A stretch of DNA of 64,000 nucleotides, from assembly GCF_001194135.2 (NCBI RefSeq), contig NC_068994.1, positions 54,313,805 to 54,377,804 on the forward strand, in the 5' to 3' direction. A program made the translations under genes and the position numbers. Below are positions 50,851 to 63,459 of the stretch, piece by piece. Origin of the DNA: Octopus bimaculoides. Taxonomy: Eukaryota. Position 1 is the stretch's first letter. Each line of letters begins with the position of its first letter. The notes beneath the pieces were generated by a model, which ran no database searches, was not told the origin of the DNA, and saw only the letters and a list, made by a program, of their open reading frames with translations.

Positions 50851-52117
50851 AAGGATAATGGTGGTGGTGGTGGAAATATTTATTTTTGGTTGTTAGTTTG
50901 AGTGTATTTCTAACAGTTGATGACGATGATGTTGATGGTGATGTTGATTGTGTTGGTAGTGGTGTTGATATTAGTGTTCGTAACTCAGTGACTGTCAACA
51001 CAGCAGTATGTCAACGGAACTACAACTACTCGAAGTCAATTATGGTATCTGACACACACACACGCACACACGCTCACACACACACAATAGTGAATGGAAT
51101 CTCTCCACCCCACCCCCCTCTCTCTCTCGGTCTCTTTCGCTCTCCAGAAGTCCGTCTGTTTACGTTATGACCTCTTTGTACCATTTGAAGTAAACATCGT
51201 CCACCATTTAAAAAAAGTCAAATTACAGAGGCATCCAATACGATCGCTCAATTTGCTAGAAATTGCAGCCAAGCCCCCCACCTCTCTCTCTCATTCACTG
51301 TATTTCCATACACCATCTTAGGAAAAGAAACAACTCGCTGATATTGTAGTCCTAAAAAGATGGGCTGGTTGTGGCTTGAGTGCCTTTTTTCATTTTGTTT
51401 GAAGAAAGGGAAGTACTCGTGTAGGGTAGGCATGAGAGGCCTGATCTAGACAATTTGAACATGCAACAGGTAGGTTGAGTGTTTGGGCCCTGATATAGCC
51501 AGTTTAAATGCTGAAGGGTTTTAAAAATGTCATGACCTGGGCCTAAATAGTAACCAGATAGTTGTCAGGGACATTGATGCTATATAGATTCAATATATCT
51601 CTGGCCTCCACTGGTTTAACATGAGGTATGTGGGAGAATTGTGGACCTCACATGGTGGCTGATATGTATATGTGTATGTTGATTGTAGTTGAAAGTGTAT
51701 TATGCAGAAAGGGGTGGCTAATTAGCTACCCCTTTATGTATGATACACTGCATGGTTACTGCACAGGGTGGCCACTAGGCAACTGCTGGTCCTCTGTGTT
51801 TTTGGCGATGGCTGGACTGGAGACAGGAACTGTTTCTATTTAATAAAACAATATAAATATTGGTCAGGTGATTTCTCCAGTCAGGCCTTACATTATATAA
51901 AGAGAGGGGAAGAGTGAGTAAAGGAGAGATAAAGAGAGTTGGTATAAGAGGTGCAGGATGAGTGAAAGAAAAGCGAGGTAGAAGAGGAAAGAGAAGACAA
52001 TGACAGTGTAGTTATGGGAGAGGGGGGGAGTTTGTTTTATTTAATTTTATTTTAAGGTGATAAATATTTCTCTTTTGAAAATTAATATTCATTTCATCAT
52101 TTTTACATAATCATCGT

Positions 52118-52275
52118 CGTTTAACGTCTGATTTCCATGCTAGCATGGGTTGGATGATTTGACTGAGGACTGGTGAAACCAGATGGCTACACCAGGCTCC
52201 AATCTGATCTGGCAAGGTTTCTACAGCTGGATGCCCTTCCTAATGCCAACCACTCCAAGAGTGTAGTGGGTGCTA
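52118..52275 (+). mobile_element. Family C repeat
   Basis: tttaacgtctgatttccatgctagcatgggttggatgatttgactgaggactggtgaaacc...gccaaccactccaagagtgtagtgggtgc. Confidence 0.85.
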
Positions 52276-52305
52276 TACATATATGTGTGTGTGTGTGTGT
52301 GTGTG

Positions 52306-52640
52306 AAGGAGCATGATTCAGTGGTTAGATCGTCGAACTTATGACCGTGAGGTTGTGAAGTGAATCTGGGACCGGGCTGCGTGTTGTGTTCTTGAGCAAG
52401 ACACTTTATTTCATGTTGCTTCAGTTCACTCAGCTGGCAAAAATGAGTTGTAACGTCACAGGTGCGAAGCTGTATCAGTCTTTGTCTTTCCCTTGGATAA
52501 CATTGGTGGCATGGAGAGGGAAGGTTGGTATGCATGGGTGACTGCTGATCTTCCATAAACAACCTTGCCCAGACGTGTGCCTCGGAGGGTATCTTTCTAG
52601 GTGCAATCCCATGTTCATTCGTGACCGAAGGGGGTCTCAG
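52306..52640 (+). mobile_element. Family F tRNA-headed CORE-like SINE, full length
   Basis: Head cagtggttagatcgtcgaac... and core gtgttgtgttcttgagcaagacactttatttcatgttgcttcagttcactcagctggcaaaaatgag. Confidence 0.75.
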
Positions 52641-53673
52641 CATGTATATACATACACATCGACGAAAAATTTCCTCAATAATGTCTCAGGATTTAGAAAT
52701 TAAATTTAAAATTATTAATAATCTAAAAAATCTTCTAAACCACATGTATTTGAAAAACTGAATTCCACTGAAAGCGCTTACACAAAAGCTTTCTTCCATC
52801 AGGTTTATGTTAACCTGCTTTTTTAAAATGATTTCTTCGTATATAATAAATGATTTCTAATTTAAGTGTTTTCACACCGACACACACACACACACACACA
52901 TCTCCATTCCCCCTCATGCATTACACATAAATATACATATACACACATGTCCATACGCACATAAGTATACATACACACACCTATGTACACACACATGTAA
53001 ATATACATACACACACATGTAGGTATGTGTATGTGTTTATATGGCTGAATATAAATAACTTTCATGTTCTTTATGTTGGTGAAAAGGAATGACATGGTTG
53101 TAGTAGTGGTGGTGGTGGTGGGTGGGGTTGGATTGGTGGTGGATTCAACCGTCACTTATGATGATGAGTACCCAGCTGTTTGGTCAACAAGTGACATGTA
53201 AAGTGGTTGAGTATCCTATGATACGGTTGACCTTTGAATGAAGAGAGATAGAGAGGGAGGGGAAAAGAAACTGAGAGGGAGAGAGAGGGGAAAAACAGAG
53301 GGAGAGGAACAGAAACAGAGAGGGAGAGAGGGGGAAGGAGGGGAAAGAAACAGAAGGAGAGAGGGGAAAGAGAAACGGNNNNNNNNNNCCCCCCCCCCCC
53401 CCACATACCTAAAGTATGAAAGGCAAAACTGACTTTGGCAGGAATTGAACCCAGTGCTGGAATATACACCATGGCTCTTATAACACATCCAGTTTGCTGA
53501 TGATCGATGAAAGGGCTGGAATAGTTTTGTGTCTGAAGCTGGGCAGGGGATAGAAAGATGCCTGTGTGGGATAGTCTGCGTTATTTGTAGAGATTGTTGT
53601 TGTTAACTTATTTTCTGCCGTACAAGTCAAAAGTAGTTTATAGTAAAACGTGTAGTGTGTAAAAACATTCAAA

Positions 53674-53709
<36 letters not shown>

Positions 53710-54064
53710 GAACTCTGCCAAACTCACACACACACACACATGATGACTTCTTCCATTGACTTTGACATATGGGGGTTTTAACAGCCAATAGTTGTTTAAT
53801 TACCCATGCAAATGGTGTTTGTTCAGAGATGAGCACTTGCCCTGGACCGGCCACATTTTTTGGAAATGCTGATAGCAGAAAACGTCAGTGAAAATATTTA
53901 CCACAAACACAATAAACAACAAACCTCAGAATTTTTTTTTCTTTTTTGTTTGAGTTCTCCATCTCCCGGGTTAGTTGCCTTTACCATCATGGCTTAGAAT
54001 TCAAACCACCCTGGTAGGCTACATGCATTCCTGAGTAGCAACCCAGAAAGTTCCAAGTACTCAT

Positions 54065-54151
54065 GCATCCACCACCACCACCACCACTACCACTACCACC
54101 ACCACCACTACCACCACCACCACCACTACCACCACCACCACTACCACCACC
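54065..54151 (+). repeat. (CCA)n/(CTA) compound microsatellite
   Basis: Direct reading; this is the source of the poly-P/poly-G ORFs. Confidence 0.95.
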
Positions 54152-54152
54152 A

Positions 54153-54480
54153 TTTAACGCCTGTTTTCCATGCTGGCATGGGTTGGATCTTGTAACAAGA
54201 GTTGAAAAGACACAAAGCTGCTCTACGTTCCAGTTGTCTGTTTTGGTATGGTTTCTACAGAAGCATGCCCTTCCTAATGCCAACCACATTACAGAATGTA
54301 CTGGGTACTTTTTACGTGGCATCAAATAGGGTCTTTCTGTGTGGCACCAGAGCAACAGGTGCTTTATACATGCCACCGGCACAGGTGCTTTACATGTGAC
54401 ACCAACATGGGTGACTTTAATGTGGCACCTGCATAGGTGCTTTTTCCATGGCACCAGCTTGGGTGTTTTTTATGTGGTAT
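54153..54480 (+). mobile_element. Family C repeat ending in about 7 tandem units of 24-26 bp
   Basis: Units of the form ggtgcttttt.(a/c)tg(tg/cc).cacc..cac run from about 54300 to 54480. Confidence 0.75.
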
Positions 54481-55183
54481 ACACTCACACACACACACAC
54501 GCACACACATGTATCATGTACATGGAGGGTTACTGACTCTTCTCAGTTCAAATTACACTTGCATGTGTGTGAGTGTGTGCACACATGTGAATATACACAC
54601 GCACACACACACACACACTCACATGCACACACACACACACACACACACATGCGTACTTTCCCACTTTCCCATTACTTTACTGGTTGCTAGTAGAGGCAAA
54701 GAATCAAGGGCAATGACAATGAAGGTCAAGGTCATCACCAAGGGCACATTTCCACCTTTGGCTTTTTTTGTTTTTTTTGTAGATATTTTTCTGTTTTTTT
54801 TTTTCCTTGTTCTCAATGACTGATGTTTTAAGTAAGATGTTTTGAGAAGAGAACTACTTTGTTTAGCATTGGAATGTCAATAGAAATTACTTGAAGCAGT
54901 TACCATTATCATGATATATATATATATATATATATATATCATGTATACATACATACATACATGTGATGTGGTTGTTTTGAACTAGTGTTGTTGACATTAC
55001 CACTTACCACTCTGTGTGTGTGTGTAGGTGTGGTTGTTTGGTTAAGAATTTTGCTTCCCTTTTCCAACCTCATAGTTTCAGGTTCAGTCCCACTGCTTAG
55101 CAGTTGGGCGGCTCTTCTCTACTATAATTTTGAGCCAACCAAGGCTTTTGGAGTGAAACTGAAAGAATCCCAGCATAAAATAT

Positions 55184-55223
<40 letters not shown>

Positions 55224-55834
55224 TTGTGTCTCCTTGACCTGACATTGAATAGTGGTTGTAAATAAGTTCTTGCTGTAGTATAAGTGATGTCCATTCATTT
55301 CCAGTCTTGTGTGAAACCATGTCTGGTCATAGGGAAATATTGCCTTGCTTGGGAACGCGTAAGGGTTGGTGACGGGACGGGCATCCAACCAGAGAAAAAC
55401 CAATCTCAATAAACTGTCCAAATCATGCAAGCATGGGAATGTGAATGCTAAAATGATAATTATGATGATTATGATGATGTGAGGAGACACACACACACAC
55501 ACACACACATCACCATGTATATGAGCTGATTCCTTCCTGCAATTGTTCTGCACATATGTGCAAGTGGCTTTGTGGTTAGTCTGTCAGATTCAAGATCATA
55601 AGGTTATGCATTCAATTCTCGTATTGTGTGGCGTGTTTTGTCCTTGAGCAAGGTAATCTATTTCATGCTGCTCGAGTCTTTGCACCTGAAATAAAAATGT
55701 GTCATGTCTGCCGCTGATTGATGCCTCGCAGACTGTCAGAACCAAATTGTAGCAAAAGCAACGTATATCGACATTTGACGGCTCAGCATCCTGGCTGACG
55801 ATAATTTACCATATCTTCTTTCTGCTTTTCTTTT

Positions 55835-56022
55835 CATCTTGTTGCACTCATTTGTGGCCATGCTGGAGCACTACCTTGTTGGGTTTTGTCAAACAAGTGA
55901 ATCCCGTTCCTTATTTGAAGCCTAGTGCTTATTTTGTCAGTGTCTTTTGTCGAACTGCTAAGTTACGGTGATGTAAACAATCCAACACCTTCAAGCAGTG
56001 AAAGAACAAACATAAGCACATG

Positions 56023-56077
<55 letters not shown>

Positions 56078-56240
56078 ACACATATACAGCAGGCTTCTAC
56101 ACAGTTTCCATCTATCATATTCACTCAGAAGTTTTGGTTGGTCTGGAGCTATAATCCCAAAACACTTTCTCAAGATGCCAAGCCATGGGACTGAACTTGA
56201 AACCCCATTATTAAAAAGTGCACTTCTCACCCACACACTC
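55835..56240 (-). mobile_element. Family B SINE, full length, decayed
   Basis: Collinear with 7481-7860; inverted relative to the head copy at 55025-55200. Confidence 0.75.
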
Positions 56241-57059
56241 ATGCCTGCATACGATTGTCCATAATTAAGCCCTCAGGTCAGTTCTTTTATCATCTCTGGT
56301 AAGAAAAGGCCTTCCAGCCAACTACTTACACATCTGAATTATCCAGCATGACCTTCCTTTTTTAAACCAGTTCAGTGATATAGCTACTATTTCTAGCAGG
56401 TGGAGTAATTAGATAGACCCATGGTTTCCATGATGGTTATATGGTTATGCAGAGTTACAGCATTCCCATTCATTTCATCTCATTGTGTGAGGTGGACTAT
56501 TGTGCCTAGTCCCACCTTCCCAACCTTAGTCTGACCGATCTTAGCATACCCCTAGTTCCTAATACCATTTCCATCACTGATGGTTTGTGACCATTTTTAT
56601 AAGCTCTGCATCCCTAGAAAATATTTGAACAATTTCCTGCAAATGTAATATATTTGAAAATGATAAAAATTGGCAGATTGTGTAGAATGTTATTAAAAAA
56701 AAAGTAAAGATGTTTTTTTTTTGGTATTCCCTCCATTGCCAAGGTCAACTTTACCTTTCATCCTTTCAGGGTCGACAAAAATCAAGCATCTGTTAAGCGC
56801 TGGGGTTATTGACCTCTCTTCTTAGAATTGTTGGCTTCATGCCTTAATTTGAAACCATTATTATTGTTACTACCACCACCACTACTACTGCTGCTGCTGC
56901 TGTTATTATTAATATTAAGGCAACGAGCTGGCAGAATCGTTTGCATGCCAGACAGAATGCTGAGTGGTATTTTGTCTGTCTGTACATTCTGAGTTCAGAT
57001 TCTGCCAAAGTCGACTTTGCCTTTCATCCTTTTGGGGTCAGCCTCCCACCTCATAGCTA

Positions 57060-57450
57060 TCCATTGCATGCACTGGTACAGACATGTCCTCTGTCTCCCA
57101 CACCAGGGCTTTACTCTCGTTTGATGCAGCAGATGCAGGCGGGAAGAAGCTTTTGTGGCAGGCCCTGCACCAGATGGAGGAAATAGAGGGACTGGCACAG
57201 GACTGCCAGTGATGGAGACCACTGGTGGACATGGTCAGCTCTACGCATGACAAAGTCTGTGGGACCACTAACTTGGAATGACCCCAGCCCCAACATGCAA
57301 CCTGATCTGACCATGAATTGGAAAAGAATGTGAATATAGAGAGGGAAGTGCCACCCCCAGCCCAGCAAATTTGTCAACAGTTGGATGGCTGCAGCAAAAG
57401 TGGTGAGACTGAATGCAGTTGGGTAAGGACTTGTGCTCTTAATAATCAGG
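57060..57450 (+). mobile_element. Tx1/L1-clade LINE 3' remnant
   Basis: LHALVQTCP matches HALVQCP of the 5985 element. A downstream ...ER.V....F...W..AAKVVRLN-like C-terminus is heavily decayed. Confidence 0.45.
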
Positions 57451-57806
57451 GTGATTCCTTGATCTGTGGGGTTTGGGGTTGACCCTAGTTGAAGGCTAGA
57501 TTGATCCTTGTTGAAGACTGCATCATTCACGTGTTCACATATTTTGTGTACACATTTTTTTTATCTTTTACTTGTTTCAGTTATTAGAGTGTGGCGAGGC
57601 TGGGGCACTACCTTGAAGAATTCTTAGTTAAATGAATCGACCCCAGTACTTTTTTTAAAGCCTAGTACTTATTCTATCAGTTTCTTTTGCCGAACCACTA
57701 AGTTACGGAGAGGTAAACAAACTAACACTGGTTGTCAAGTGGTGGCAGGGAGGACAAGCACACATACATTTGAAGGGTTTAGCCAAAGAAATTGTATGTA
57801 TGTATG

Positions 57807-57867
<61 letters not shown>

Positions 57868-58274
57868 TTATATATATATATACATATATAGGTATGTATG
57901 TGTGTGTGTGTGTGTGTCAGACACTTCAAGAGAGCTCCTAGCAACCCAGTGGTAATGTCTTTGTACCGAGGGACATAACTCTTAACTTAATCCCCTACTT
58001 GTTTCGTTTCATCACCTTTTCACACAACCACAAATTGATGTGTCCATTTACCTCCAACAATAGAGAGCAGTCGCCATAGTTCATTCCATATTGGCTACCT
58101 CTGCTGAGTGTGGGATTATATAATCGGGTTGTTACCTAACACTCTGTTGTCTCGTGAGTGCGAAACCGGTTGGTGAGATCGACCATGATGGATATATAAT
58201 ACTGTATACTTTGGATTATATATATATATATATATATATACACATACACATATTTATATATGTGTGTATGTGTG

Positions 58275-58308
<34 letters not shown>

Positions 58309-59329
58309 GAAAGAGGAAGTATAAAGCCTGGCAATACTGAATATAAATCATAGTGTTTCACTGCTTCTTTCTGTCTATAAATTTTCAAGAATTTTTTCCA
58401 AAAACCAGACAGTTCTNNNNNNNNNNNNNNNNNNNNNNNNNNNNNNNNNNNNNNNNNNNNNNNNNNNNNNNNNNNNNNNNNNNNNNNNNNNNNNNNNNNN
58501 NNNNNNNNNNNNNNNNNNNNNNNNNNNNNNNNNNNNNNNNNNNNNNNNNNNNNNNNNNNNNNNNNNNNNNNNNNNNNNNNNNNNNNNNNNNNNNNNNNNN
58601 NNNNNNNNNNNNNNNNNNNNNNNNNNNNNNNNNNNNNNNNNNNNNNNNNNNNNNNNNNNNNNNNNNNNNNNNNNNNNNNNNNNNNNNNNNNNNNNNNNNN
58701 NNNNNNNNNNNNNNNNNNNNNNNNNNNNNNNNNNNNNNNNNNNNNNNNNNNNNNNNNNNNNNNNNNNNNNNNNNNNNNNNNNNNNNNNNNNNNNNNNNNN
58801 NNNNNNNNNNNNNNNNNNNNNNNNNNNNNNNNNNNNNNNNNNNNNNNNNNNNNNNNNNNNNNNNNNNNNNNNNNNNNNNNNNNNNNNNNNNNNNNNNNNN
58901 NNNNNNNNNNNNNNNNNNNNNNNNNNNNNNNNNNTAGTTTTTTTTTTTTTTTGTGTCGTTCAGTTTTCTGTTTCTATTCAAACAAGACAATGCTTTTAGA
59001 TATCTTATGAATTACAAGTACATGCATGTATCATCATCACCATCATGAGATGCATGTTTAATGTCCACTTTTCCATGCTTGCATGGATGAAATGGAATTT
59101 ACATATGTTCACACACTCACGCACATATATATATATATGACGGGCATCTTTTGATTTTTGTCTGCCAAATCCACTCACAAGGCTTTTGTTGTCCTGCGGA
59201 TATAGTAAAAGATACTTGCTCAAGGTGCCATGTGGTTGGACTGAACTCAAGACCATGTGCACTCATCTAACCCGTTCTTGTCTCCAAACACATTGCTTAT
59301 ATAGCCAGTGCGTACAGCAGTGTTAAGTT

Positions 59330-59520
59330 ATTGGATATACCAATTAACATGCCAGATGCATTCCTGGAACTAGTATATAACCATCAAAAGTTTGTAGGGA
59401 TGTGGTGACATGAAACGAAGTACTGAAAGATGACCTCAGAATGCTGAACCTTTCAGATGAGATGACAAAGGACAAAGATACCTGGCGCTTTGCTGTACTC
59501 AAGAAGATTCGACCTCCACA
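59330..59520 (+). mobile_element. RTE-clade LINE C-terminal remnant
   Basis: T*NEVLKDDLRMLNLSDEMTKDKDTWRFAVLKKIRP matches the RTE terminus TW.EV...DL..L.L...T.DR..WR..V. Confidence 0.7.
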
Positions 59521-60496
59521 GCTGAAGTGTTAAGGCCACTTCGCTTGGTGGAGAGGACTGGCCTGCAAAAGTCTTGTGCTGGTGCCATGTAAAAAGCACT
59601 CCTTCCTGTGCCACATTGTAGTGCTCTTGCCAGTGGTATGTTAAAAGCATCCAGCACACACTGTGTAGTGGTTAGTGAGAGGAACAGCATCTAGAGAGAA
59701 TGCCATTTGCTCGTTCTCTGGTTACATTACGCTTTTAAAAGCTTGGATTGTCATCCATGAAAGGTGACATGTCAGGAGACCACATTGAAGTGATGGATGC
59801 TTGCATGGATGTGGACATGCTTTGCAAGGGAAGAGAAAATTTGTGCTCAACAGCGAAAAAAAAAAAAACGTTTAGAGGAAACATTGGGGAGAAGATTTCC
59901 AAAGAACTGATGTTTTGAGGAGAAAGGATTGAGTGTTCTGTTTTGTGTGGAGCCAAGAGCCAATTCTGAGGAGCAGAGGCCATTATAGTAGTGATAGAAA
60001 AGACAGAAGGAAGAAACACAATGCATATGAGCCAGAAACTGGTGTGTGTGTGTGTGTGCGTTTATGTGTTTGTGTGTGAGTGTGTGTGTTAGAGATTTAC
60101 AAATTTCATATTTAAATTGGGAGCTTGCAGGTCTGCTCTCTTGTGGGTTGTCTTCCTGACTTCATTAAATTATCTTTGATCACTACGTTACGAGTGACCG
60201 ACAAGTGAAGGTGTCTGTCCCCACAAGACATTCTCATGTATATAGCAACATCTATACACATAGAAAATTGATGTTTAAACATCAAAGAATAAATCCACTG
60301 TAATTAAAAGCCCAATTAATAACAGGCCATTAAATTCCAACACATAATTACATGGCAGTAAATCCGAGTAGGTTTGACTTGCATGTATATACTTAATCAG
60401 TTCACACTATCTTTAAGAGCAACATATTTAGAATTGAAGTAGAAAAACATTAATTTCACATATAGTTCATTCTTTAGTGGCATATTAATATTTATA

Positions 60497-61037
60497 CGAG
60501 GTGTGATCGATCGAAAAATATCAGGAATGGTGCCATAAAAAGGAAACTACAACATATATGAATTCAGCATTTAACCCTTTCGTTACCAAACGGCTGAAAC
60601 CAGCTCTGAATACAAATGCCTTGTTTCAATCAGTTTTGAATTAAAATCTTCCGCCAAACCTTTGTCACAATTTATGTTCCTAACACTAGCTGAATGATAA
60701 CTAAGTTATTTTACTAAATTCTTTGTTATATTTAAAGTAATTGAAAGAAACACAGAGCATCTCAAAATGAATACAGTAATGAAAGGGTTAATCTCTTTTG
60801 AAGTAATCCCATTCTGAAGCCACACTCTTTATCCAGTGTCATTTCCATCGACGGAAGCATTCCTGGAACTCCATTTTTGGGATAGCAAGCTGCTGCCTCA
60901 TCGCATTCTCTTGGATTTCCTCACCATCTTGTTCCTTTAATAATTTTTTTATTGGTCTAACGGTCTAACGGACAAAATTTCCACTCTACCTGGCACTCAC
61001 CTCTCACTTTTTTTACAGCTACTTCTATCACACCCTC
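60497..61037 (-). mobile_element. Internally deleted mariner element
   Basis: TA|cgaggtgtgatc TIR. The minus strand reads DGEEIQENAMRQ.LAIPKMEFQECFRRWK*HWIKSVAS..DYFKRD (mariner C-terminus). A possible second TIR tatcacaccctc lies near 61030. Confidence 0.7.
60575..60787. mobile_element. piggyBac-type MITE, 213 bp, with TTAA TSDs
   Basis: TTAA|ccctttcgttac ... gtaatgaaaggg|TTAA; the 12-bp TIRs have one mismatch. Confidence 0.85.
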
Positions 61038-61534
61038 TGCTCTTCAGAAATGTCTGGTCCCATGTCACCTTAGGCAATCTCAGTTCATTTGTCTTTTTCT
61101 CTTGTCACCCATATCGTGTCCTTAGCAACTCTGTACCCACTCCTCATTATTCATAAGCATCTCTTCTCCATCTTGGCTCTCTGTCTGTCTCTTAGTTGAC
61201 TAGTCTTTCTCTCAAGTGCATTTCTCTTGGACTCTGTTTTATACAAATGTACAGTAATCCCCTCACTGCAGTCAAATGACTGAAACAAATAAAAGAATAT
61301 AAAAAAATAAAAGAATGTATGCACATGCATACACACCAGTTTTATTGTTTGACAAAGCTTGTATCATTCTCTTCTTCAGTTTCTTCAATATTTTTGTATT
61401 TCTAATCTTTATATTTTGATCTGTTCCAGAAACGCGAAATATCTGCTCCCCGAGTTGGAAAATTCAATGTCCACATACAGGTATTGTATTATTATAATCA
61501 TAATTATAAGCTTAATTATTATTACTATAATCAG

Positions 61535-62700
61535 TGTTAAGGTGGTGAGCTGGCAAGAATCGTTAGCACGCCAGGTGAAATGCTTAACGGTATTTCGCAT
61601 GTCTTTACGTTCTGAGTTCAAATTCCACCAAGATCGACTTGACCTTTCATCCTTTTGGGGTCGATAAATTAAGTATCAGTTGCTGAGAGAAGGTTGTGGT
61701 GAAGACAACCTTCTCTCACTCTTTCTTTCTGTTTCTGTTGTGCTTGTATTTCAAAGGGCCAGCCTTGTCACACTGTGTCACGCTGAATATCCCCGAGAAC
61801 TACGTTAAGGGTACACGTGTCTGTGGAGTGCTCAGCCACTTGCACGTTAATTTCACGAGCAGGCTGTTCCGTTGATCAGATCAACTAGAACCCTCGTCGT
61901 CGTAACTGACGGAGTGCTGTAGTTTCCATTAACCCTTGTGGTGAACAAAGACAGCATTACTATTTGACTTAGATGGTGAGCTCTCAGAACTGTTTGCACA
62001 ATGGACAAAATGCTCTGTAGTATTTCAGCCATCTCTTAACGTTCTGGTTCAATTTCTACCAAGGTCAACTTTGTCTTCAATCCTTCCAGAGTTGATAAAA
62101 TAAAGTACCAGTTGCACACTGAGATTGATTAACCCACCTCCCCCTCAAAATAGTCTTGAACCAGAAGCTGATATTATTATTGGGCGAGGGTTTTTGGCCT
62201 TAGCACTTCGGATGATTCTGGCTGGATCTGTAGGGTTCCCTGATTGGCCCTAGACTTGTTCACATACACTGTATACTACTTACACTTTCTCTGTCACTTC
62301 CCCTTCTCTATTTTTCTTCCCCTCATCTTTCACATAATCCCCCCCCCGTAAACTGTCCTTGTCATGTCCCCCCTCATCTGATGCCCCTGTGACAAATAAA
62401 AAACACCATTGGTGAACTGGCAGAATCATTAGTGCTCCACACAAAATGCTTAACGACCTTTGCATTTCTGTTGGGTTTTTTACGTTTTGAGTTCAAATGC
62501 TGCTGAGAGTCGAATTTGCCTTTCATCCTTTTGATGATGTCGACTACGCAGCCCCTCAGAATTGCTGGTCTTGTGCCAACATTTGAAACAGGGGTCGACT
62601 TTGCCTTTCATCCTTTCGGGGTCGATAAAATAAGTAGGGGTTGGTGTAATCGACTTTGCCCCCTCTGGAATCGCTGGCCTTGTGCCAAAACTTGAAACCA
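61535..62700 (+). mobile_element. Cluster of four family A SINE copies plus one family E 3' part (61705-61920), all on the + strand
   Basis: Family A heads or cores lie near 61540, 61975, 62415 and 62590. The family E body runs ...tttcaaagggccagccttgtcacactg...cgtcgtcgtaactgacggagtgc. Confidence 0.75.
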
Positions 62701-63287
62701 TCCTAATTATTATTATTATTATTATTATTCATCGGATGTGTTCGTGGAGCAGTGCTTTGCATCCTTACTGACGTCGGCACAATAAGCACCAGTCATCTTT
62801 CGACTGTTTCCCTCACCATGCAATTTCTGGTCATGTGCTTGATTTAGAAATTATTATAATCAAAACCAATTACTACACACACACACACACACACACAAAC
62901 ACACACAATGAGTAACTATCATAAGCCGTCTCGTTTAAACCGTTAAAAACATGATCTCTCATAATTTCAACCGCAGCTTTATAAACAAAACTATATTTTA
63001 GCTTTGCAGATGCGATTGACTTTAATGTGCTTTTCTATGTCAGTTTGTCTGTTTTCTTTTTTTCCCTCCTCCTCCTTCTCCTCCTCCCGCTCTCTGCTTT
63101 TCTTTCTTTCTCTCCTTTCTTTCTTCCTGTCTCTTTCTCCCTCCCTCTGTATCTATCTATGTACGAGCATAGCTAATCCACCCACACATTCACACGTACA
63201 TTCATTCATTAATACATAAACACACACACGTACCCACGTACGTAACATGCAGTCGCAACATACAATACACACATACGCGACACACCG

Positions 63288-63318
<31 letters not shown>

Positions 63319-63459
63319 TACCTAACTAGATACACATGTACCCGAGTACATGTGTATCTACGTATGTGTATGTACACAAACACTTACATGGCATTTCGAC
63401 GAATGCTGCTCGCATTTAAGTTGTGGCAGCTACATTTACCGCCAGCATCACGACGGCTG

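Noticed and set aside
54295-54480. CRISPR-like regularly spaced repeats
   Set aside because: These are contiguous diverged tandem units without unique spacers, inside a eukaryotic dispersed repeat, with no cas genes.
58151-58171. Hammerhead-like ctcgtgagtgcgaaaccggtt
   Set aside because: It has two substitutions in the CUGAUGA core and no helix I.
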